Shown here one piece after another: positions 33,674 through 42,488 of a DNA stretch of 62,863 bases (positions are counted from its first letter, which is position 1; every line of letters starts with the position of its first letter). Source of the stretch: an uncultured Clostridia bacterium (lineage in GTDB: Bacteria; Bacillota; Clostridia; Oscillospirales; UBA644). Location: assembly GCA_944386295.1 (NCBI GenBank), contig CALXAO010000110.1:1-62863 (forward strand), read 5' to 3'. Made by a program: the position numbers and the translations under genes. A model generated the notes under the pieces. That model ran no database searches and was not told where the DNA came from. It saw only the letters and a list, made by a program, of their open reading frames with translations.

Positions 33674-33700
33674 TTCTGCAGATATTTTTTTGTGAGTAGG

Positions 33701-35089
<1,389 letters not shown>

Positions 35090-35093
35090 TTAC

Positions 35094-35143
35094 AAAAAAT
35101 AGAGCGACTTCGAGAAACATTCTCAAAGACGCCCTTGCCTTCG
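35094..35143 (-). promoter_or_regulatory. gdhA leader attenuator: hexaloop hairpin overlapping a terminator
   Basis: On the minus strand, CGAAGGC[AAGGGC]GUCUUUG (35143-35124) competes with GCGUCUUUGAGA-AUGUU-UCUCGAAGUCGC (35132-35104), which is followed by UCUAUUUUUU. Confidence 0.5.
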
Positions 35144-35152
35144 ACAGAAGGT

Positions 35153-35181
35153 ATTTTACCATAAAAAAATATGTTTGTCAA
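35153..35181 (-). promoter_or_regulatory. gdhA promoter TTGACA-17-TGgTAAAAT
   Basis: Read on the minus strand; -35 at 35181-35176, -10 at 35158-35153. Confidence 0.6.
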
Positions 35182-35231
35182 CCCCTTTTGCAATATTTTT
35201 TTGAAAACTTGCAAAAAATTCCGATTTTCTA

Positions 35232-35260
35232 TTGACAAGCGGTGTGAAATGGTGTATAAT
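35232..35260 (+). promoter_or_regulatory. gltS-glnA operon promoter, perfect TTGACA-17-TATAAT
   Basis: -35 at 35232-35237, -10 at 35255-35260. Divergent from the gdhA promoter. Confidence 0.65.
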
Positions 35261-35267
35261 AAACGTG

Positions 35268-35313
35268 AAAATGAGCAAGGGCGTTCATTTTGGTACAGGA
35301 TACATTTCCTATA
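35268..35313 (+). promoter_or_regulatory. Two tandem hexaloop hairpins in the gltS leader
   Basis: The first is AAAAUGAGC[AAGGGC]GUUCAUUUU (35268-35291). After a GG linker comes UA.AGGA[UACAUU]UCCU.UA (35294-35313). Confidence 0.4.
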
Positions 35314-35370
35314 CTAAAAATAAATGCCGTTGCTTTTTTATTTTTGGGATAAGAGAGGTTTGCAGACGTT

Positions 35371-36468
35371 ATGAATCGTATTGAGGGGCAGGTGCGCATT
35401 CCCTCCGGTTGTGCGATTGCCGCTGTAATTTCTAAAAATGGCAGCAAAATGACTGGAGAAAAGATCATTGATTCTATGAAACCGATGCATGACCGTTCCA
35501 ATGGACTTGGCGGCGGCTTTGCCGCGTATGGAATTTATCCAGAATACCGGGACTTTTATGCGCTGCATATGTTTTTTAATGATCGGGCATCCAGAAAGAA
35601 CTGTGAAGTATTCTTAAAGGAGCGTTTTGAGATTGTGAAATCCGAAATCCTCCCTACAAGAAAAAATCCTGCCATTACCGACGAACCTGTTATATGGAGG
35701 TATTTTGTTGCTCCGCTTCGCTCCATGCTTGTGAATCTTCAGCTTGACGAAAAGGAATATGTTGCCCGGTCCGTTATGAAAATCAATACCGAAATGCCGG
35801 ATGCGTATGTTTTTTCCAGCGGCAAGAATATGGGTACGTTCAAAGCTGTTGGTTTTCCGGAAGATGTGGGTGTGTTTTATCGATTGGATGAGTACGAAGG
35901 CTATTCCTGGACGGCCCACGGCAGATACCCTACCAATACACCCGGATGGTGGGGCGGTGCACACCCTTTTACACTGCTTGATTATTCTATTGTACACAAC
36001 GGCGAAATTTCTTCTTATGACGCCAATCGCCGGTTTATTGAAATGTTTGGTTATAAGTGTACTCTCCAGACCGATACCGAAGTAATTACTTATATTATGG
36101 ATTATCTGCTTCGGATACAGAAGCTGTCTTTGCAGGAAGCCGCAAGTGTAATTGCAGCGCCGTTTTGGAGTACAATTGCTGCAAAGACCAATGAGGCGGA
36201 GAAAGAAAAGCTGAAATATTTGCGGACGGTTTTTTCAAGTCTGTTGATTACCGGACCGTTCTCAATTGTATTCGGATTTAACGGCGGGCTTATGGCTCTG
36301 AATGATCGTCTGAAACTCCGTTCTATGGTTGTTGGCGAAAAGAACGACAGGATATTTATTGCCAGCGAGGAAGCTGCTATTCGGGTTATGGAACCGAATG
36401 TGGAAAACATGTACGCCCCGGCAGGCGGCGAGGCGGTTATTGTAAAAATAAAGGATGGTGTATACTGA
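35371..36468 (+). CDS. Class-II glutamine amidotransferase subunit of split (archaeal-type) glutamate synthase
   Basis: 365 aa with Ntn-type SGCAIAAV near the N-terminus and HGRYPTNTPG...AHPF motifs, as in the GltB N-terminal domain. Confidence 0.85.
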   Translation: MNRIEGQVRIPSGCAIAAVISKNGSKMTGEKIIDSMKPMHDRSNGLGGGFAAYGIYPEYRDFYALHMFFNDRASRKNCEVFLKERFEIVKSEILPTRKNPAITDEPVIWRYFVAPLRSMLVNLQLDEKEYVARSVMKINTEMPDAYVFSSGKNMGTFKAVGFPEDVGVFYRLDEYEGYSWTAHGRYPTNTPGWWGGAHPFTLLDYSIVHNGEISSYDANRRFIEMFGYKCTLQTDTEVITYIMDYLLRIQKLSLQEAASVIAAPFWSTIAAKTNEAEKEKLKYLRTVFSSLLITGPFSIVFGFNGGLMALNDRLKLRSMVVGEKNDRIFIASEEAAIRVMEPNVENMYAPAGGEAVIVKIKDGVY

Positions 36469-37975
36469 GATGGGAATAGAATTGATCTATCCTGACTTTG
36501 AAGTAATTAGGAATGAAAACCGCTGTATTTCCTGCCGGGTTTGTGAGCGGCAATGTGCCAACGAAGTTCATTCCTACGATGCGGAGCGGAATCGGATGCT
36601 GGCCGACGAATCCAGGTGCGTCGACTGCCAGCGTTGTGTCGCCCTTTGCCCGACGCGCGCACTGAAAATAGTCCGGAGTGATTGCCGGCTGCGTGAGAAT
36701 GCCAACTGGCAGGAGGATACCATCAAAGAGGTCTATAAGCAGGCAGACAGCGGCGGTGTTTTGCTTTCCTCTATGGGGAATCCCAAGCCGATGCCGGTAT
36801 ACTGGGATAAAATTTTAATCAATGCTTCTCAGGTAACCAATCCTTCCATTGATCCTTTGCGCGAGCCAATGGAAACGAGAACATTTCTTGGAAAGAAGCC
36901 CGGACAAATCGAAAAAGATGAAAACGGAGAAATTCTCTGCAAATTGGAGCCCCAGCTGGAACTTTCTATGCCGGTAATGTTTTCGGCGATGAGCTACGGA
37001 TCTATCAGCTATAATGCCCATAAGTCTTTGGCGACTGCCGCAAAGGAGCTTGGAATTTATTACAATACCGGTGAAGGGGGCTTGCATGAGGATTTTTACC
37101 ATTACGGTAAAAATACAATTGTTCAGGTGGCTTCGGGGCGTTTTGGCGTATACAAAGAATATTTGGAAATCGGTGCTGCGGTGGAAATTAAGATGGGGCA
37201 GGGAGCGAAACCGGGAATCGGCGGGCATTTGCCCGGCGCAAAGATTGTGGGGGATGTTTCCCGTACCCGTATGATTCCGGAAGGGTCCGACGCAATTTCC
37301 CCGGCTCCTCACCATGATATTTATTCTATCGAAGATCTGCGGCAGTTGGTTTACTCGCTGAAGGAAGCCACGGAATACAAAAAGCCGATTATTGTCAAGG
37401 TGGCCGCCGTCCACAATATTGCTGCAATTGCAAGCGGGATTGCCAGAAGCGGCGCGGATATTATTGCCATTGACGGTTTTAGAGGCGGTACGGGAGCTGC
37501 GCCTACAAGAATCCGTGATCATGTCGGAATTCCGATTGAACTCGCGTTGGCGTCTGTAGATAAACGTTTGCGGGACGAGGGAAGCCGAAACCGTGTTTCT
37601 CTCGTGGTTGGCGGCAGTATCCGAAGCTCCGCGGATGTGGTGAAAGCCATTGCTCTGGGAGCGGATGCCTGCTATATTGCTACCGCTGCGCTTCTTGCGC
37701 TGGGCTGCCATTTGTGCAGAACCTGTCAGACCGGTAAATGCAACTGGGGGATCGCGACCCAACGGCCGGAACTTGTAAAGCGGCTCAATCCCGAAATCGG
37801 ATGTGAACGTCTGATCAATCTGATGAATGCCTGGCGGCATGAAATCAAAGAGCTTATGGGTGGCATGGGAATTAATTCTATTGAAGCTCTGCGAGGCAAC
37901 CGTTTGATGCTTCGGGGAATTGGTCTTACCGATAAAGAACTTGAGATTCTTGGTATATCTCATGCCGGCGAATAA
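36455..37975 (+). CDS. Glutamate synthase FMN/Fe-S (synthase) subunit with N-terminal 2x[4Fe-4S] domain
   Basis: CISCRVCERQC and CVDCQRCVALCP motifs, then the GltB central-domain-like TIM barrel (GEGG, KMGQGAKPGIGGHLPG). The start could instead be ATG at 36470. Confidence 0.88.
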   Translation: MVYTEMGIELIYPDFEVIRNENRCISCRVCERQCANEVHSYDAERNRMLADESRCVDCQRCVALCPTRALKIVRSDCRLRENANWQEDTIKEVYKQADSGGVLLSSMGNPKPMPVYWDKILINASQVTNPSIDPLREPMETRTFLGKKPGQIEKDENGEILCKLEPQLELSMPVMFSAMSYGSISYNAHKSLATAAKELGIYYNTGEGGLHEDFYHYGKNTIVQVASGRFGVYKEYLEIGAAVEIKMGQGAKPGIGGHLPGAKIVGDVSRTRMIPEGSDAISPAPHHDIYSIEDLRQLVYSLKEATEYKKPIIVKVAAVHNIAAIASGIARSGADIIAIDGFRGGTGAAPTRIRDHVGIPIELALASVDKRLRDEGSRNRVSLVVGGSIRSSADVVKAIALGADACYIATAALLALGCHLCRTCQTGKCNWGIATQRPELVKRLNPEIGCERLINLMNAWRHEIKELMGGMGINSIEALRGNRLMLRGIGLTDKELEILGISHAGE

Positions 37976-37988
37976 GGGGATAAAGCGT

Positions 37989-38408
37989 GTGTATGTGAAG
38001 GAAGCGTGATGCCTTGGCTGCCACTTGTGTGAATATAACTGTGCCTTTGCCAATACCGAGGCGACAGATATGGTTCATGCGCTGAAGCGCAAAAAAATAT
38101 TTCCGCGAATTTCAGTGAATATGAAAACGATAAAATCCATTTTGCGGTATCCTGTCGCCATTGCGAAGATCATTTGTGTGTAAAAGCTGTATTTAGGGGG
38201 CTTTACATATAGAAAACGGAAGAATTTGCATTGATCGAAAGAAATGTGTCGGCTGTCTAAGCTGTATAATGATATGTCCTTATGGTACGCTTTCGGTATT
38301 GGAAACCGGTACCTTGCAGAAATGCAAGCTTGCTTGGAAAACGCCTGCGGAGAACCGGTCTGTGTTAAGGGGTGCCCCAATCGAGCAATTGTATATAAAG
38401 AGAGATGA
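37989..38408 (+). pseudogene. 4Fe-4S dicluster protein, inactivated (in-frame TGA plus at least 3 frameshifts)
   Basis: The fragments are VYVKEA-TGA-CLGCHLCEYNCAF, then DKIHFAVSCRHCEDHLCV, then GALHIENGRICIDRKKCVGCLSCIMICPYG, then ACGEPVCVKGCPNRAIVYKER. They lie in three different frames. Confidence 0.7.
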
Positions 38409-38412
38409 GCAG

Positions 38413-39645
38413 ATGAAACCGTATGTTATCATTGGGAGGGGTGTATTGAGAGCATCCGCAGCAAGGACAAAAACACGAAAATTGCTGTTGTATCGAAAAA
38501 GAATTATCCGGTTTACTGTTGGTCATTGATTTCTTATTATTTTAGAAGGAAAAACCGATCTTGAAAGGATTTGTTCCCGTTCTGAATGCTTTTATGCCGA
38601 AATGGGTGCCAGGTGATCTACGGAAAAACAAGCTACAAAAATTGATTGTGAAAAAAAGATGGTTGCTCTGTCCGAGGAAGGCTCCATACCGTTTTCTTCT
38701 TTGTGCGTTGCTGCCGGAGCTTTCCCTTTTATTTCTTCTTTTGCCGGATTTTGTACGGTTGAAAACCACTTTTCCGTTATGCCTCTGGATGATATTATGG
38801 CCCTTGAAAGGGCGATTACGCCTGAATCCAACGTGCTTATTATCGGTCGGGACTGATTGGACTAAAGTGCGAGAGGGGCTGTTCGGCAGGGTGAAGAGCA
38901 ATACAGTCTGTGACCTGGCAGATAAGGTTCTTGCCAGCATTTTTGACGGAATACTGTTTCTGTGGTACAAAAGTATCTTAAGAAGAAGGGCATTGAATTT
39001 ATAATGTCAGACAGTGTTGCTAAGTTGAAACCAAACAGGGTTATTATGAAAAGCGAAAAAACCGTCGGGTTTAATATTTTGGTAACCGCCGTTGAGGTCA
39101 GGCCCAACGTCTCATTGGTAACTGAAACAAGCGGCAATGTAAAACGCGGTATTGTTGTAGACAGTGGGATACAAATAAGTCTTGCAAAGATATATGCTGT
39201 AGGGAACTGTACCGAAGGATATGATATTTCTTGTGGAGACACTCGGGTGTTGGCCCTGCTCCCCAATGCCTATATGCAGGAACGAACAGCAGGTGTCAAT
39301 ATGGCCGGGGAACGGCGGGCTTTGACAACGTCATTCCTAATAAATTCCGTTGGTTTTTTGGGACTGCACATTATGACCGCAGAAAGCAGCTATGTCACGG
39401 AAAAAGACGGCGGGGCCGTATATATGCAGAAGATTGGAACGGCGTGTAAAAAGTTCATTGTTTGCAGTGGATTGTTAAAAGGTTACATCCTTATTGACAA
39501 GGTGGAACGAGATGGTATTTATACGTCATTGATTCGGGAACAGATTCCGCTGGATACCGTGGATTTTGATTTGCTGAAAGAAAATGCAATTTTTATGGCA
39601 TTTTCTGCCGCAGAGCGTGAAAAGAAGTTTGGAGGTGTGGCATAA
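38413..39645 (+). pseudogene. NAD(P)/FAD-dependent oxidoreductase, N-terminal two-thirds shattered by frameshifts
   Basis: The pieces MKPYVIIGRGV.., SKDKNTKIAVVSKKNYPVY, LEGKTDLERI, ..NVLIIG.., GLIGLKC and GLFGRVKSNTVCDLADKVLASIFDG lie in shifting frames. Only the last 227 codons (38962-39645) stay open. Confidence 0.75.
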
Positions 39646-39649
39646 TATT

Positions 39650-40369
39650 ATGATAATAGATGCGAAAAATCTTGACTATCAAGCTTTGAACCAGAAAATA
39701 CGGCAAGCTGATGCAAATGTTGTTATTACGGGATGTTGCGGGCAGCGTTTTATTGCCGCCGGAATGAAGAATAGGCACATTACAATTGACGGTATTCCTG
39801 GGAATGCTTTGGGTGCATATCTTGATGGCGCTACCATTGAGGTCCGTTCTAACGCGCAAGATGCGGTGGGGGATACCATGAATGACGGTAAAATTGTAAT
39901 TCATGGCAATATCGGTGATGCCGCCGGCTATGCCATGCGCGGCGGCAAAATTTATATCAAAGGGGATGCCGGATACCGTGCCGGAATTCATATGAAGGAA
40001 TATCAGGATAAAATTCCGGTGATGATTATCGGCGGTTCCGCCGGAAGCTTTCTTGGAGAATATCAGGCCGGAGGAATTATTGTAGTTCTTGGACTGTGTG
40101 AAAAAAAACGCAGAATTGTCGCGAATTTTCCTTGTACCGGAATGCATGGCGGTAAACTTTATCTTAGAGACAGTGCTGCGGAAATTGTTTTTCCAAGAAA
40201 TGTTTGTGTTCAGACCGCAACTTCTGCCGATATGAAATTCATACAAGACGAAATTATCGAGTTTTGCAGTGTGTTTGGCTATAATGTAAGTTCTGTTTTA
40301 AACGCCCGGTTTTCTGTCATTACGCCTGACAGTAAAAATCCGTATAAGCAAATGTATGTGGCAAATTAA
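39650..40369 (+). CDS. GXGXG-motif subunit (GltB C-terminal-domain-like) of split glutamate synthase
   Basis: Repeated beta-helix G-x-G pattern (GCCGQRF, GIPGNALG, GNIGDAAGYAMRGGKIYIKGDAGYRAG). ATG at 39650 follows GGAGGTG. Confidence 0.85.
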   Translation: MIIDAKNLDYQALNQKIRQADANVVITGCCGQRFIAAGMKNRHITIDGIPGNALGAYLDGATIEVRSNAQDAVGDTMNDGKIVIHGNIGDAAGYAMRGGKIYIKGDAGYRAGIHMKEYQDKIPVMIIGGSAGSFLGEYQAGGIIVVLGLCEKKRRIVANFPCTGMHGGKLYLRDSAAEIVFPRNVCVQTATSADMKFIQDEIIEFCSVFGYNVSSVLNARFSVITPDSKNPYKQMYVAN

Positions 40370-40386
40370 AGAAAAGAGGTACGCTT

Positions 40387-41598
40387 ATGAAGTATTCAAA
40401 AGAAGAAGTTATGCAGTATGTCGCTGAGGATGATGTGAAATTTATTCGGCTGGCATTCTGCGATGTTTTTGGAAAACAAAAAAATATTTCCATTATGCCG
40501 GAAGAGCTCAACCGTGCTTTTGAGTATGGAATCGCTTTTGATGCATCTTCTGTTGAAGGGTTTGGGGATGAAACACACTCCGATCTTTTCCTGAAACCCA
40601 ACAGTGAAACGCTGATGGCCCTTCCATGGCGTCCGGAACACGGAAAGGTTGTTCGTATGTTCAGTGATGTTACGTATCCCTCCGGTAAAATTTATGAATG
40701 CGACACCCGCAATCTGCTTAAAAAAGCAATAAAAGATGCGGCAGATGCGGGAATTTCGTTTTTCTTCGGTGCCGAACAGGAATTTTATCTGTTCAATTTA
40801 GATCAGAATGGAAAGCCTACGAAGGAACCTTATGATGATGCCGGATATATGGATATTGCGCCGGAGGACAAGGGAGAAAATATTCGTCGTGAAATCTGCC
40901 TGACACTTGAACAAATGGGAATTCGTCCGGAAAGCTCTCATCATGAAGGCGGTCCCGGGCAAAACGAAATAGATTTCAGATATTCCGATCCCCTTGCCGC
41001 GGCGGATAATGTTGTGACTTTTCAGACAATTGTAAAGACTGTCGCTCATCGGAACGGACTTTACGCTGACTTTTCGCCGAAACCTTTGGACAATTTTCCC
41101 GGCAACGGGTTTCATATCAATTTATCTGTGAAGTCTTTGGATGGGACAGACAATCTGCCGTATGTGATTGCGGGCGTTCTTGATAAAGCAGCAGAAATGA
41201 CAGTGTTTCTCAATCCCACAAAAACGTCTTATCAGCGATTCGGTTACAACAGGGCGCCTCGCTTTATATCGTGGTCAAGTGAGAATCGGAGTCAGCTTGT
41301 CCGCATTCCTGCCGCCCACGGTGAATATCGTAGGGCGGAGTTGCGATCCCCGGATCCGACAGCAAATCCGTATCTTGCGTTTACACTGCTTATTTACGCC
41401 GGACTTTACGGTATTAAAAAGAAACTTGACATGCCGAAAATGGTTGATTCCAACCTCTTTAAGGCAAGTGTCAATTTAATTGAAACGCTGCGGAAGCTGC
41501 CGGATTCTTTGGAAGAAGCTTCTCTGTTGGCAAGACAAAGTGATTTTGTTAAAGCGCATATGCCGGCTGCCGTTTTGAATATTTACTGCAATAAATAA
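40387..41598 (+). CDS. glnA: Type I-like glutamine synthetase (short, 403 aa)
   Basis: FIRLAFCDVFGKQKNI beta-grasp start and catalytic-domain motifs (GAEQEFYLF, HHEGGPGQNEIDF, NGFHINLS, RIP...RAELRSPD). Confidence 0.9.
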   Translation: MKYSKEEVMQYVAEDDVKFIRLAFCDVFGKQKNISIMPEELNRAFEYGIAFDASSVEGFGDETHSDLFLKPNSETLMALPWRPEHGKVVRMFSDVTYPSGKIYECDTRNLLKKAIKDAADAGISFFFGAEQEFYLFNLDQNGKPTKEPYDDAGYMDIAPEDKGENIRREICLTLEQMGIRPESSHHEGGPGQNEIDFRYSDPLAAADNVVTFQTIVKTVAHRNGLYADFSPKPLDNFPGNGFHINLSVKSLDGTDNLPYVIAGVLDKAAEMTVFLNPTKTSYQRFGYNRAPRFISWSSENRSQLVRIPAAHGEYRRAELRSPDPTANPYLAFTLLIYAGLYGIKKKLDMPKMVDSNLFKASVNLIETLRKLPDSLEEASLLARQSDFVKAHMPAAVLNIYCNK

Positions 41599-41630
41599 GT
41601 ATTGTCAATAATATGGAAGGAGGCACAACG

Positions 41631-42215
41631 ATGAGTTTGAAAGAGCGTGTTTACAGCGTTCTTATCGTGTCCTCATCGGACAGCTTCAAAACAGCGACAA
41701 CCGAAATGCTCCCTTCTTCTCTGTATCAGCCTGTATGTTCTGCAATCAGTGTCAGTGAAGCAAAGAGATATATTGCCGCCAGAGAATTTGATTTTGTGAT
41801 TATTAATTCTCCTTTGCCTGATGCATCCGGTACTCGTTTTGCGATTGATTGTTGCCGCTCCCCAGTTACCGTTGTCCTTATCTTTTCTCGTGCTGATATT
41901 TATGCTGAGATATATAATAAGGTGGCTGAATACGGCGTGTTTACGCTTCCCAAGCCAACAAACAGGTCTATGATACTTCAAGCACTGAATTGGATGTCCA
42001 GTGCAAGGGAACGACTGCGAAAAATGGAACAGAAAACATCTTCTGTTGAGGAGCGCATGGAGGAACTTCGCATTATTAACCGGGCAAAGTGTCTGCTTAT
42101 CAGCGAGCTGAAGATGACTGAAGCCGAAGCGCATCACTATATAGAAAAGAGTGCAATGGATAACTGTATTCCCAAAAAGGAAGCCGCGGAAAATATTATT
42201 AAAATTTACTCTTGA
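41631..42215 (+). CDS. ANTAR RNA-binding regulator with degenerate receiver domain
   Basis: C-terminal ANTAR helices (RIINRAKCLLISELKMTEAEAHHYIEKSAMDN). The N-terminal REC-like fold has SSSD and IINSPLPD where DD and the phospho-Asp normally sit. ATG at 41631 follows GGAGG. Confidence 0.85.
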   Translation: MSLKERVYSVLIVSSSDSFKTATTEMLPSSLYQPVCSAISVSEAKRYIAAREFDFVIINSPLPDASGTRFAIDCCRSPVTVVLIFSRADIYAEIYNKVAEYGVFTLPKPTNRSMILQALNWMSSARERLRKMEQKTSSVEERMEELRIINRAKCLLISELKMTEAEAHHYIEKSAMDNCIPKKEAAENIIKIYS

Positions 42216-42379
42216 GTAAGAGGCTTTGTTATTGGAAGGCCGAATGGCAAGGCTTAAGGAATTAACCGTCTGTATTGCTGTGCAAAAAAAAGATTGTAAC
42301 CAAAATCCGCAGGGCTGGTGTTGTTTTGGAGAAAAGTATGAGAAAATGGTGGAGATTCTTTATATACTGTTTTTTTACG

Positions 42380-42421
42380 AAAATCAGCCCTCGGCCCATA
42401 AGGCGGCTGAGGGCTGATTTT
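42380..42421. terminator. Bidirectional intrinsic terminator
   Basis: A 13-bp stem AAAATCAGCCCTC/GAGGGCTGATTTT with a 16-nt loop and A/T runs on both sides. It lies between the convergent ANTAR operon and the Cys-rich gene. Confidence 0.65.
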
Positions 42422-42488
42422 CGTAGCTTATTCCGTTATCTTTCTGTTTAAGGACGCTGTAGTTTTCGTTTAGATTTTTTTACTTTAT

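Noticed and set aside
38007-38009. In-frame TGA before the first Cys motif of the 4Fe-4S gene, as possible evidence of TGA recoding (Trp/Sec)
   Set aside because: TGA is used as a normal stop elsewhere in the window (for example murA, aroK and the GATase subunit). Trp is TGG throughout. The same gene also has several frameshifts. A pseudogene is the simpler reading.
36815-38053. 412-aa ORF on the minus strand
   Set aside because: It is entirely antisense to the well-supported FMN glutamate synthase subunit. Its composition is Arg/Ser/His-rich, it has no RBS and no recognisable motif. It is a shadow ORF.
42226-42417. 63-aa plus-strand ORF after the ANTAR gene
   Set aside because: It has a non-ATG start in the track and no RBS. 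Its 3' end runs through the bidirectional terminator stem. It is probably non-coding.
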